Shown in pieces: positions 18,448 to 28,118 of a stretch of DNA of 64,000 nt. Each line of letters starts with the position of its first letter. Positions within the stretch are counted from its first letter, which is position 1. The stretch is taken from positions 57,931 to 121,930 of the IMG/VR virus record IMGVR_UViG_3300041583_000345; one strand, written 5' to 3'. Source of the DNA: a virus. The notes under the pieces are model-generated. The model saw only the letters and a program-made list of their open reading frames with translations. It was not told where the DNA came from and did no database searches. A program made the position numbers and the translations under genes.

Positions 18448-20169
18448 TTATGCTCCGAAAGTAGCTCCTGATGGTTCTACTACGAAATCTAGTACTATAA
18501 ATTCTGCTGTCTTAGCTGGTTGAATAAATATTTGTCCAACCAATTGGTTTCTATCAATTACATCAGCAGTGTTATTAGTATCATCCATTACTACTCTGTA
18601 TGCATAAAGACCTTGTCTCTGTGTTACTGATTCTAAGTAAGGGTTAACTGTAGATAAGAATTTATTTCTTGTAGTGATTGTATTTTGTTCAAATACTAGT
18701 CCTTGAGAAACTCCTCCGATAAACTTCTTAAGATCAATTAATAATCTCCTAACGTTTACTCTATCTAAAGCAGAAGCTTTAGTTTGTAATGTTTTTTGTC
18801 CAAATACTGCTAAACCTGTTCCAGGGAAAGTAGCGATTGGATTAACCTTACCGTTATATAGAGTGTCTCTATCTGTTCTAGTTAATTTTCTCTCTGCTTG
18901 TATCACCCCAACTAATCCTCCTCTAACTAATCCAGCTGGTGCGAACCATGGTGCTGAAGCTCCGTCAGTAAAAGCATAAATTCCTGGAATAACAACTGAA
19001 GCTGGTACCCATACATTTTTACCTGTAGCAGATTGAACTTGTAACCAAGGCCAGTAAGTAGCCCCATAGGAACTATTCATTACTGTTGCTTGTGTTTTAG
19101 CTGCTCCCACTGTAGAACCGTATTCTACTGTGTCTACTACTGCGATTGCATCTCCTCTATTCTCTGCTAGAGATAAGATACTATCTATCTGTGCAGAATG
19201 AAGGCTTTTAATTAATCCTGGTGCTGAAATAATATTAAATTGATAATCATCGGCATTACTTAATAATGTGATAACTTTAGTATAGTCCGTGGCTGCAAGA
19301 CCTTGTGTGTTTACATTACTAATGTTACCGTATAATTTAGCTGTGGTTAAAATCTCTCCAACTCCGCCGTAGAATGATCCTTTTCCTGCTGATGGTAGTT
19401 TATCTGCATTTTCAGATGTATAAGTTACTCCGTCATTTGCTAAGTAATTAAGTATCTTGTGCGGTACAGAAGCTACTCTTATGAAGTTGGATTGATTAAT
19501 ATATTCTCCTACTTGAAGTATAGCTGTTCCGTCTGCTGTTATTGCAGAAGATTGGTTACCAATTACTTTCTCGATGTAGTTAGTTGAATTAGCATCTAAA
19601 GATAAGTTGTTGAATGTCTCTAATACTATTTTACTGTTTGTATTATCATCTCCTCTACGGACAGATAGTGTGAATGTTCCTTGTGTTGGTTCTACGTTTG
19701 AGATTTCCCATCTTAGGTTATCTGCTGAACCTAACGTTAATGATCCGTCTGCAAGTTCATCGCCCGCTTGTAAAGAAGCAGATGAAGCATTATAAATTGC
19801 ACCTTTACCTAAAGTACTTAGAGTAAAAGGTTCTGTTCCTGCTGAGGAAGAGATAAATGTAGATGATGCATTAGTCCAGTTTGTAGCTATTGATACTACT
19901 CTTGTTACAAGACAGGTATTCCCCCCTTGTTCAAAGTAGCTTTTAACAGCTAATGAGGTTAAGAACTCTTCTTTAGAGGATTCTAATTCGAATGTTACTC
20001 CAAACTTTCTTGTAAAGTCATTATAAGATGTAACAATAGTGGGTACTTCTACCGGTCCTTTTACTGTAGGGCCAAGGATTACTGCTCCGGCTTCTATTGA
20101 AGCTGGTTGGATAAATGAAATATCATTTTCTCTTTGGAATACACCTGGGGAGATTATTGATTCTGCCAT
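18448..20169 (-). CDS. Contractile tail sheath protein (gp18-like)
   Basis: SPGVFQREND, WFAPAGLVRG, NPIATFPG, FGQKTL, RVNVRRLL. Confidence 0.95.
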   Translation of the reverse strand: MAESIISPGVFQRENDISFIQPASIEAGAVILGPTVKGPVEVPTIVTSYNDFTRKFGVTFELESSKEEFLTSLAVKSYFEQGGNTCLVTRVVSIATNWTNASSTFISSSAGTEPFTLSTLGKGAIYNASSASLQAGDELADGSLTLGSADNLRWEISNVEPTQGTFTLSVRRGDDNTNSKIVLETFNNLSLDANSTNYIEKVIGNQSSAITADGTAILQVGEYINQSNFIRVASVPHKILNYLANDGVTYTSENADKLPSAGKGSFYGGVGEILTTAKLYGNISNVNTQGLAATDYTKVITLLSNADDYQFNIISAPGLIKSLHSAQIDSILSLAENRGDAIAVVDTVEYGSTVGAAKTQATVMNSSYGATYWPWLQVQSATGKNVWVPASVVIPGIYAFTDGASAPWFAPAGLVRGGLVGVIQAERKLTRTDRDTLYNGKVNPIATFPGTGLAVFGQKTLQTKASALDRVNVRRLLIDLKKFIGGVSQGLVFEQNTITTRNKFLSTVNPYLESVTQRQGLYAYRVVMDDTNNTADVIDRNQLVGQIFIQPAKTAEFIVLDFVVEPSGATFGA

Positions 20170-20197
20170 GTTAGGTTAAGTTTGTTTTTGTGTCTAT

Positions 20198-20263
20198 TAT
20201 AAATATAAGTAGAAAATCGAAACCAAGTTTAAATTAAACGGGCTTCAACTACATATATAAATA
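20198..20263 (-). promoter_or_regulatory. Two TATTTATA boxes upstream of the sheath gene
   Basis: Exact matches at 20198-20205 and 20256-20263. Confidence 0.55.
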
Positions 20264-20285
20264 GACTAAAACTTATTAAACATCT

Positions 20286-20540
20286 TTACTGAAGAGGAGT
20301 AAACTCACCTGTATCTATATTAACATTTCCTTTACCGTAAGTCTGTTCCAGTACTTTGGCTATCTCTTTTTCTTTATTAATATTTTCTGAGTAGAATACT
20401 TCTATTTGGGTTTCTCTTAGTTTAATATTGAGCTTAATTTGTCCTACAGCAGCTAACTCCTCTTTTAAGAGTGCTTGCCTCTGTTGGAGTTCATTTAAGA
20501 GTTCTAGGTGTTCCTGTGTTAATTTTACTGTTTTTGCCAT
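20286..20540 (-). CDS. Small coiled-coil hypothetical protein
   Basis: 84 aa, ends YGKGNVNIDTGEF. Confidence 0.7.
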   Translation of the reverse strand: MAKTVKLTQEHLELLNELQQRQALLKEELAAVGQIKLNIKLRETQIEVFYSENINKEKEIAKVLEQTYGKGNVNIDTGEFTPLQ

Positions 20541-20545
20541 AACTT

Positions 20546-21016
20546 TTATTTATTTATACGTGTATCCACTCCCTCTCTAACTTCTATTTTAGTTCCTATC
20601 TCTACTTTCTTCTTTATGCTGACTGTTTTATAGAGGGTTATAGCTTCTCCTTCTTCATTAAAGCTTGTATAAGCGGCTTCCTTTTTAACTTCTCTTTCTT
20701 GAAAAATGGGTAATTCTACTTCTTTTTGTGTTGAAACGGATGTTTTAAAAAAGTGCGGGACTAAAACTTCTATCCCCTCACTATCTGTATTATCAAAGTA
20801 GAGTAACCTTTCCTGTACTAGCCCGGTTGCATTTTTTGGTTCTTCGTCTAAATACTTCCTATTAAACTTCAGAGCGTAACTTTGATCGAACCATTACGTT
20901 AACTGTACTGCTATATCGTTTGCAACTTTATTATAGGTAAGACTCTCTATTCTTACATATACCTCGTGCGAGGGACCTTCACTTGTCTCCAAGTCAACAT
21001 TTAATATAAAACCCAT
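20546..21016 (-). pseudogene. 156-codon frame interrupted by one in-frame TAA at codon 41
   Basis: MGFILNVDLETSEG...AVQLT-TAA(20894-20896)-WFDQSYALKFNRKYL...RINK-stop; the frame stays open on both sides and fills the gap. Confidence 0.65.
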
Positions 21017-21082
21017 TTTAATTTTTTATTCTGTTAATTGATCTACTTGAAGTTACTCTCGTATTTGAATACCTATTTGCCA

Positions 21083-21931
21083 TTATATTAAGTTTTTTAT
21101 ATCTACTACTGACTCTACCCCAAATATAACCGCAGCTTTATTAAAAAACTTACTAACTCCCTGTGGAAGGGTGTTTATTCCGTCCGGAATTATATGACCA
21201 AGAAGTTTTATCTGAAATGTTGTTTTAACTGTTCTATCTTGTCCTTGGTTTAACTCTGTAGAAGTTGTATAATTATCAATCATAGCCCTAAAATTAAACT
21301 TATCTGGGTCTCCCCAGTAGGCATCTGAAGCATAATTTATACTTTCTACTAATTTATTCATCTGTTCTATATATTCTGTGAAGATTGTGCATGAATATGT
21401 GATATTTACATAGTCAGGCATAACAACTCCTTGATATTCTTTAACAATTGATCTTGTATTTAGTATAGAAAACTTATCGTATTTGTTTTTACTAGAGTAT
21501 TTTTTTTCAAATATACCGAAATGATTTGGATTGTTAGCATCCATTTTATTTCCCACCTGTCTGTTCTTTTCTATACTGTCTCTCTTAATCATTATAAGAG
21601 GAACTTGTATCTTTCCGTTTTTATCCCTGTAGAATCCGTCTTTTTGTACTGCAGCCCAGCGTTCTGGTGAACCATATAGTACGGGGACTGTTTTGGTTAT
21701 GCTATTTTGTACAACAGAGGGTCTAATTACTTCATTAAAGTAAAAGAATATTGCTTCATCTATTTCTCTAAGACCAATACTAAGTCGTTTTACATCATCT
21801 CCTTTAACTGTACGCTGGTTAGCTCTTGTTTTTGTGTTAACATCAGGGGTTTTGCCGTCTGGGAGTAAAGATGTTACTGTTTTCTGTGAGAGTTCTACTT
21901 GAGATTTCGGAAGTATTGTTTTACCTGCCAT
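21083..21931 (-). CDS. Tail terminator / completion protein (gp15-like)
   Basis: VPVLYGSPERW, PLIMIKR, PDYVNITY; lies in the neck cluster. Confidence 0.7.
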   Translation of the reverse strand: MAGKTILPKSQVELSQKTVTSLLPDGKTPDVNTKTRANQRTVKGDDVKRLSIGLREIDEAIFFYFNEVIRPSVVQNSITKTVPVLYGSPERWAAVQKDGFYRDKNGKIQVPLIMIKRDSIEKNRQVGNKMDANNPNHFGIFEKKYSSKNKYDKFSILNTRSIVKEYQGVVMPDYVNITYSCTIFTEYIEQMNKLVESINYASDAYWGDPDKFNFRAMIDNYTTSTELNQGQDRTVKTTFQIKLLGHIIPDGINTLPQGVSKFFNKAAVIFGVESVVDIKNLI

Positions 21932-22202
21932 ATTTCCTATTTACGTGTTGTCTAAATGCTTTTTTAAACGATGCAAAGACGTTAAACAGCTGTTCTAGCT
22001 TCTGATCTTCAGGGTATTTCTTTAATACATCTTTATAATTATCATATGCGGACTGAATAGCAGTATCTACTCTTTTTAACGGGGTATATTTAATATCCCA
22101 AGACACTGTACCTGTTACCGGATCAGTGCCAGTTTTTTTTGATTTAAAAGTAGTGCTATCCTGTCTCCAGTCGTCTTCGTTAAGTATATCCTTTATCTTC
22201 AT
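21921..22202 (-). CDS. Hypothetical protein with a MKIKDILNE leader (putative internal head protein)
   Basis: Shared N-terminal motif; TATTTATA box at 22207-22214. Confidence 0.65.
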   Translation of the reverse strand: MKIKDILNEDDWRQDSTTFKSKKTGTDPVTGTVSWDIKYTPLKRVDTAIQSAYDNYKDVLKKYPEDQKLEQLFNVFASFKKAFRQHVNRKYGR

Positions 22203-22216
22203 CTTATATAAATAGT

Positions 22217-22711
22217 TTAGTAACTAGTACCTTCAAATTCAATCCCTGTCTTCTCTCTTCTTGTTAAATGACAGTCAACTATTATAGAAACTGATGTTCC
22301 AAACTGTTCTCCGTAGCTAGTTAAATTGTAATTCCTATCTCTACCTACAAATAATTGGTTTTCTCTTACTGTATCTACTTCATAGTAATCTTCTTGCCAA
22401 TTTAGTATGTCCCCTACCTCAGGTACCGTACCTATATCTACTAGATCCTCTCTTATGAATGCAAATGATACATCTCTTGTAAGATCTGGTCCAAAATCAT
22501 CAACATTTATTATTTGATCCCCTCTAGTTATTAAACAATTCAATTTTACCGGGGTCCAGTAGTTTTTAGTTAGAGCTTCTCCGTAGAGATTAGCTTGTGT
22601 CTCCTCTAAGCTTAGTTTATAGTACAGTACCTCCTGTTCTACTATGTCTTTTAGTAGTTCTCGGCTAATACCGGTTAGTAAATTAAAATCTCTGTTAGAT
22701 CCAAATAACAT
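22217..22711 (-). CDS. Neck / head-closure protein (gp14-like)
   Basis: NLYGEA, PEVGDIL, YYEVD; lies in the neck cluster. Confidence 0.7.
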   Translation of the reverse strand: MLFGSNRDFNLLTGISRELLKDIVEQEVLYYKLSLEETQANLYGEALTKNYWTPVKLNCLITRGDQIINVDDFGPDLTRDVSFAFIREDLVDIGTVPEVGDILNWQEDYYEVDTVRENQLFVGRDRNYNLTSYGEQFGTSVSIIVDCHLTRREKTGIEFEGTSY

Positions 22712-22712
22712 A

Positions 22713-23030
22713 TTAATAGTCTCCTGGTAATTTCATTCGTTCGATTGTCTTATTTGCTATTTTTACTACTTTAACATCCGGGTATCTCTCTAAAGCGGAC
22801 TTTTTGAAAGCTTCAAAAGCTTCTGCCCCGTTTTTTTGTGTTATTAATTTTACTTTAAACACATACGTCTTAGTTAATTCATTGCTTCCGGCTGCTGTTA
22901 CTGTTGTAACCCCTGGCAATGCCCTTAAAAGTTCTGCTAGTCGCGTAGTAGATTCTCCAGTACTAATAACCTGTACCATAGCTCTGTAGGGTATAAAGTT
23001 TACTTCCAGTAATATGTCTGATAGTTTCAT
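22713..23030 (-). CDS. Hypothetical protein with a MKLSDILLE leader (putative internal head protein)
   Basis: Shared N-terminal motif. Confidence 0.65.
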   Translation of the reverse strand: MKLSDILLEVNFIPYRAMVQVISTGESTTRLAELLRALPGVTTVTAAGSNELTKTYVFKVKLITQKNGAEAFEAFKKSALERYPDVKVVKIANKTIERMKLPGDY

Positions 23031-24172
23031 TATCCGATATAAATTGTCATTGGAATTTCTTTTAAAGTTCTGTTAAGGTTTTCTGATTCAGAAGCTCTTC
23101 TTTCTAACTGTGATTGACGTGATGTTTGTTCTAACATCTCTCTTAAACTAGTTAGCAATTCTAATTTTTCACTTCTTGCATCTGCTAATAAGTCTGCTTG
23201 ATTTAGTGTAACTTCTGAACCGGGAACTGGTACGTTTTGGTATTTCCCGCGTACATATGCTAGTAATTCTTTGGATAAAGCCAGTGTGTATCTAAATATC
23301 CACTGTCTTCCTATACTGTTTATTGAAAGATAAGAAGGATTATTGTAGGGGACTTCTGCTACATTGGTTATTAACCCTGCTCCATCTTGAATAGATGCTG
23401 CTTTCTTTTCATTTACTTTAAAATATTCAAATCTCATCTTACCTGCTGCTTTTGGAAGAGGTAAAACAGTAAGTGTATTATTTATTAATTGAAAAGTATA
23501 AGCTGATCTACGTATCTGATCGTTAAATTCTATGGCTTGGGTTTTTAACATATCAAAAGATGCTGGCATCATTAAGAAGTTGACACCTGGACTGTAAGAT
23601 CCAAAGTCAAAAGCGTCCATTAGAGATTGTATACCTGTTCCGGTTCCTGCATATGGGTCAAAGTATCGCTGAATGGCCGGTGGAGCTTCGTAAAATACTC
23701 TTCTTATTTCAATACTGCCTGTTATCCCCTGCTCTACCGCCCATTGATCAAGATTGTACTCTTGAATTGAGGAAGAAATATTTAATGTCCCGGTATACCT
23801 TGTTACATTTCCTCCTACATCTGCTTCCGTACCGTAATTTTTACCTATTTGAATTAACCTATCTAAAGAGGGGTTAATAAGTTTGTTATTTATACTGTTA
23901 GTACTATTGGAGCCTTCTAGTGATATATAGTTCTCTCTTATTTTGTACTGAAATACTTCATTACCGTATGTAGAAACTGCTTCTTCAAAGCAGGCAAAGA
24001 AATTTTCATCCTGCAATTCTACTTCCATAAGCGGATACCCAAGACGGGTACCGCAAAACTTAGCTACCTTGTTAGCGTCTGTTTGAAAATCTGTATCTGT
24101 GTCGTAGAATCCGAAAGGAGTAGAGCCGACAGTGAAATTAGCACTACCGTTCCATGTAGTTGTATTAGCCAT
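23030..24172 (-). CDS. Neck / head-tail adaptor protein (gp13-like)
   Basis: RLGYPLMEVELQD..F.ACFEEA, W...YTLAL.KELL...RGKY, VTLN..DL; TATTTATA at 24188-24195. Confidence 0.75.
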   Translation of the reverse strand: MANTTTWNGSANFTVGSTPFGFYDTDTDFQTDANKVAKFCGTRLGYPLMEVELQDENFFACFEEAVSTYGNEVFQYKIRENYISLEGSNSTNSINNKLINPSLDRLIQIGKNYGTEADVGGNVTRYTGTLNISSSIQEYNLDQWAVEQGITGSIEIRRVFYEAPPAIQRYFDPYAGTGTGIQSLMDAFDFGSYSPGVNFLMMPASFDMLKTQAIEFNDQIRRSAYTFQLINNTLTVLPLPKAAGKMRFEYFKVNEKKAASIQDGAGLITNVAEVPYNNPSYLSINSIGRQWIFRYTLALSKELLAYVRGKYQNVPVPGSEVTLNQADLLADARSEKLELLTSLREMLEQTSRQSQLERRASESENLNRTLKEIPMTIYIG

Positions 24173-24199
24173 AAAATACGGTTTACATATAAATAGTAG

Positions 24200-24886
24200 T
24201 TAATCTCTGAACTTCTGGTATACTTTTAGTATAGGGGATACTATTTCGTGTCGGTGATTTTTTTCTAAATTTACTGTTCTAAATCCTGGTACGTGTTCTT
24301 CTATTCGAGATAAAAAAGAAAATCCAGTTTCTCTCCTATCTTTTAGGTCTATTTGAGCTAGGTCCCCGCAGATCACCATTTTTGAACCTTTTCCAAGGCG
24401 ACCGATGACAGTCTCCATTTGAGAGTGGGTGACATTTTGTGCTTCATCTACTATTACAAAGGCATTGACGAAAGTTCTTCCTCGCATGAAAGCAAATGGT
24501 ACAATTTCAATACGTCCTTCCTCTAACTCCTTCTTTACTTTCTCTTCATTATAAAGTATATATAGATTGTGGTAGATTGGTGCTAACCAAGGGTCCATTT
24601 TTGCCTGTAGATCGCCTGGTAGAAATCCTATATCTTCTTTAGATACGGTCGGTCTTGTTATAACAATCTTCTCTACTTGTTTGGTAAAGAGCATATCTAA
24701 TGCTACCTGTGTTGCAACGAGCGTCTTACCTGAACCGGCCATTCCTCTTATGGCTGTAATTGGGGATTCTATTATTACTTGCTTTGCGTGTTTTTGTTCT
24801 TCATTTAGTTGAACATTAAATTTAATTGGGTTCTTAGGTCTTCTCTTTTGAACGAATACATCGTCCGTGTGATGGTGTGAACTCAT
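24200..24886 (-). CDS. phoH: PhoH-family ATPase
   Basis: GMAGSGKT, GFLPGD, FMRGRTF, DEAQN, RLGKGSKMVICGD..QID; TATTTATA at 24911-24918. Confidence 0.95.
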   Translation of the reverse strand: MSSHHHTDDVFVQKRRPKNPIKFNVQLNEEQKHAKQVIIESPITAIRGMAGSGKTLVATQVALDMLFTKQVEKIVITRPTVSKEDIGFLPGDLQAKMDPWLAPIYHNLYILYNEEKVKKELEEGRIEIVPFAFMRGRTFVNAFVIVDEAQNVTHSQMETVIGRLGKGSKMVICGDLAQIDLKDRRETGFSFLSRIEEHVPGFRTVNLEKNHRHEIVSPILKVYQKFRD

Positions 24887-24953
24887 TTATAATAACTTTT
24901 AATTTGTTCTTATAAATATCCGAAATTCTATTTTAATATACTACTTCTTAAAC

Positions 24954-24985
24954 AAAAAAAAGAGATTGCTACTTGGCAGTCTTCT
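24954..24985 (-). terminator. Probable intrinsic terminator after the endonuclease gene
   Basis: Imperfect AGACTGC / GCAATCT stem followed by a long T-run on the minus strand. Confidence 0.5.
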
Positions 24986-25000
24986 TTTTAAATGTTACTG

Positions 25001-26407
25001 TTAATGGGTCTTTCCTTTTAGTGTATTCTCTATTCTTGTCCACTCGTATTTATAATTTCCGCAGTCCCATACCCTATGGTAACCCCTATCTAACATTATT
25101 TCATATTCAGACATATTTGGATCTCCTCCTTGCTGTACAAGTTTATGTTTTTGAAACTGAAATCTTGAATAACGTATTTTGGACTTAACATAGAAGTACC
25201 CGGGCACTGTTGGTTTCAGTTCGGACATTCCTAATGTACTATATAATGCACCGTTACTCCAATCTCGGTTAGCATACGAAATTATACGTTCCGGTGTATA
25301 CGTCTTTATAAAGTAGGAGTATAGTTTTGATGCTCCTCCTATTACTGCAGTGTTTAACTTATTACAGAATCTAAGTAGTTCGTACTCTCCTTTCTTAGCT
25401 ACTTGTCCTGTAGCTGCTCTTAATGAAGAAAATGTCATGACACTTACTAGTTCTTCCCCTGTAAAAAGTCCTATACGTATTTTAGAGATTCCGCTACCCT
25501 GTAAATGGTTATTTCCTAGAAACGTATTCGCTTCCTTATAGGTGATTTCACGTACCTCTGTCTTCCTTGCATAGATTCTATCTGCTGTCTTACCTAATAC
25601 GTTAGCTATCACCGATCTTACTATTGCTTCTTTCTGAATCCAATCTGCTTCCCATATGTGTATTAATCTATACCCTTTATCTGCTGCTGCTAATTGCTTA
25701 CTTAGGTGGTACTTTCTATCTTTAAATAAATCACTATGCCAGTAACTCCCGTTGTACTCTATAGCTACTTTTTCTGACTCTACTACTATATCCAGCTCTA
25801 ATCCACTCAATATACCCCTATTGCTCTGCTCTACTTCAAAACCTAAACCCTCTACCATCTTACACACTTCTGCTTCTCCCCTACTTGGACCTGAGCTGTG
25901 CCATGTTCCCCTGCCTTCCTGCATTCTCTTTATAGCAGCTGCTCTCATGGTCTCTCTCTGTTCCTTACTGTTCTCCCTGTATCCTGGTCTGTGCTGATGA
26001 TGCCCTGCTAACATAGTTCTTGAATAAGCTACCTCCCCTTTTTCATTCTTACCATGTCTTATCAATCTAACATCTTCTCCACAGCCACAGGAGCAGGTTG
26101 GAGGTGTTCCATTAAAGAAGTACTTTATAAAATAGTCTTGCCAACTTATACCATGTGTATGTATATGATGAAGTAACTGCTTATGTGATATTTGAGACTC
26201 TTTACAGATTTCACACTCTATTCCGCTCCCTTCCCGAAGTTTTTGTGCGGTCAAGTGTTTCTTTCTAAATTCTCCAAATGTTTTCGAATATTCTTCTGAG
26301 GACATTTTGTCATGCTTATGGTAGAGGTGGCTCCCCATCCCGGAAGCTGTTAAACTTATTTTACATATTTTACAGGTAATCGGTGTACTATCTTTTTCTC
26401 TACTCAT
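25001..26407 (-). CDS. Zinc-finger plus Vsr/DUF559-like free-standing endonuclease
   Basis: C2H2 motifs (CKIC..H..H, CEIC..H..H), CSCGCG, ELDI..KVAIEYNGSYWHS; own TATTTATA box at 26441-26448. Confidence 0.7.
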   Translation of the reverse strand: MSREKDSTPITCKICKISLTASGMGSHLYHKHDKMSSEEYSKTFGEFRKKHLTAQKLREGSGIECEICKESQISHKQLLHHIHTHGISWQDYFIKYFFNGTPPTCSCGCGEDVRLIRHGKNEKGEVAYSRTMLAGHHQHRPGYRENSKEQRETMRAAAIKRMQEGRGTWHSSGPSRGEAEVCKMVEGLGFEVEQSNRGILSGLELDIVVESEKVAIEYNGSYWHSDLFKDRKYHLSKQLAAADKGYRLIHIWEADWIQKEAIVRSVIANVLGKTADRIYARKTEVREITYKEANTFLGNNHLQGSGISKIRIGLFTGEELVSVMTFSSLRAATGQVAKKGEYELLRFCNKLNTAVIGGASKLYSYFIKTYTPERIISYANRDWSNGALYSTLGMSELKPTVPGYFYVKSKIRYSRFQFQKHKLVQQGGDPNMSEYEIMLDRGYHRVWDCGNYKYEWTRIENTLKGKTH

Positions 26408-26472
26408 ACTTACTTAAAACGCTAAATAGTTATTTATACTTATAAATAGGCTAGTTTTTACATAACAGACAT

Positions 26473-26498
26473 AAAAAAAGAGCCCCGAAGGGCTCTCT
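26473..26498 (-). terminator. UUCG-tetraloop intrinsic terminator after the major capsid gene
   Basis: Minus strand AGAGCCC-TTCG-GGGCTCT-TTTTTT. Confidence 0.9.
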
Positions 26499-26523
26499 CT
26501 TAGTATTAAATCTAAAGTTAATC

Positions 26524-28095
26524 TTAGATTTGATTTAAATCAGATACGAAGATCTTACCATAAAATTCTGGTCTGATCATTTTCTTAGCATAACGAGTCA
26601 TTAAACCTTTTCTTGGAGTGAAAGTTTCTGGATCGTATACTAATGGAGTCATCATCAATGGAACATAAGGAGCATAAACTGCACCTGTTTCTAAGAACTG
26701 AGAACCTCTATATCCCATAAGGATTGTGTTTTCAGTCATGTAAGGGTTCTTGTAGACCTTGAATCGGTTAGATAAAGCTCCTACTTTTTGAACTCCCATA
26801 TTAAATTCCATTGCATCACCATCTGTTGCTGCTGCAAATCCTGGTATAGACTCTAATACAGTTGCTACTGTTGGAGATACTACTACGAAGTTTGCACCAC
26901 CTCTAAGAGTTTTTTGGTGAATCTTGTTAGATACTTTTTGGATTTTAGTTCCTAAAGTTTGGAACCATTGTCCTTGAGTATTGTAGAAATCTGAAGTAGA
27001 TACTGACCAGTTAGATCCGTCCCATACTTTGTTGTTTTCAGCTGACCAGAAATCAGTTGTTACAGCACCTGCAATTAACATATCTAATATTTCCATGTCA
27101 ATCTCCATAGAGATGTACTCAGATAATAAAGAAGTTAATTCAGCTTCTGCATCAATTGAATGGTAAGCGTTAAGATCCTGTGCAAATTCTGGAGTCCATT
27201 GTGCTTTTAACTTTCTAGTCTTAGCAACAATTGATTCAGAAGCAAGTTTAACATCAATAGACGGAATAGAGATTGAAGTATCTACTGCAGCATTTGAATC
27301 TGCTTCGAAATCTCCTCTATCGTTGTCTACTGGTTGTTTGTGCCATAATACAACTTTAGTTCCATTTGATCCTGCATCACCTGTAGCTACAACAAATACT
27401 AGGTTAGCTCCAACTACCTTAGTATATTGTGCTAATACTGCAATACCTGTAAGTCTAAATGCTCTAATACCTGTACTGTCGTATCCTGCTAAGTCTGATG
27501 TTGCAAAAGATACTGTATCGTAAGATGCAGGTGCTAATCCAACTTCGTAATCTAAAGAAGATGAAGTTGCTGTTGCAACTGTACCTGTAGCTGAAGTAGA
27601 GTTTTGGTTGATTGAGTAACCGAATTGACCGGCGCCGTAAAGACCTCCTGATACTTCTTCGTTTACTGCCATTTTGTCATTAGCTGTAGATACGTTTCCG
27701 TACATGTTGTCAGCTGCGGCTCTTCCGTTTGTTGAAGATCCATATTTAAAGTCAAGATAGAATACAAGACCTGATGGTAGGTTCATTGGTTGAACTGATA
27801 CGAAGTCTTGAGCTACGATTTGAGAAAATACTTTTCTTACTAACGGTAAAGCTACTCCTGCCCACTGCTCACCTGCTCCTGCAGAGAAAGAACCACCACC
27901 AACGTTAGTTGAGTTTGCTTCAGCAACGATTTGTTTTGCTTGATTCTCAAGGATCATAGCCATGTTGTTAGCATGACGCTCGTCTTTGATGCCTTCTAAT
28001 AATCCCGATTGAGACCATTTGTTTGCTAATTTAGTAGCGTCAGCCTGCATACTTTTGTATGAGTTTGAGCTTTCTAATAATGTGTTTATTTCCAT
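26524..28095 (-). CDS. Major capsid protein (gp23-like)
   Basis: VSVQPMNLPSGLVFYLD, KTRKLKAQWTPEFAQDL, YAPYVPL, FTPRKGLMTRY. Confidence 0.97.
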   Translation of the reverse strand: MEINTLLESSNSYKSMQADATKLANKWSQSGLLEGIKDERHANNMAMILENQAKQIVAEANSTNVGGGSFSAGAGEQWAGVALPLVRKVFSQIVAQDFVSVQPMNLPSGLVFYLDFKYGSSTNGRAAADNMYGNVSTANDKMAVNEEVSGGLYGAGQFGYSINQNSTSATGTVATATSSSLDYEVGLAPASYDTVSFATSDLAGYDSTGIRAFRLTGIAVLAQYTKVVGANLVFVVATGDAGSNGTKVVLWHKQPVDNDRGDFEADSNAAVDTSISIPSIDVKLASESIVAKTRKLKAQWTPEFAQDLNAYHSIDAEAELTSLLSEYISMEIDMEILDMLIAGAVTTDFWSAENNKVWDGSNWSVSTSDFYNTQGQWFQTLGTKIQKVSNKIHQKTLRGGANFVVVSPTVATVLESIPGFAAATDGDAMEFNMGVQKVGALSNRFKVYKNPYMTENTILMGYRGSQFLETGAVYAPYVPLMMTPLVYDPETFTPRKGLMTRYAKKMIRPEFYGKIFVSDLNQI

Positions 28096-28118
28096 TTTTT
28101 TAATTTAATGTTTTTTGG

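Noticed and set aside
20894-20896. Genome-wide stop-codon reassignment
   Set aside because: Only one internal stop was found; TAA, TAG and TGA all end normal genes and long ORFs are intact in the standard code
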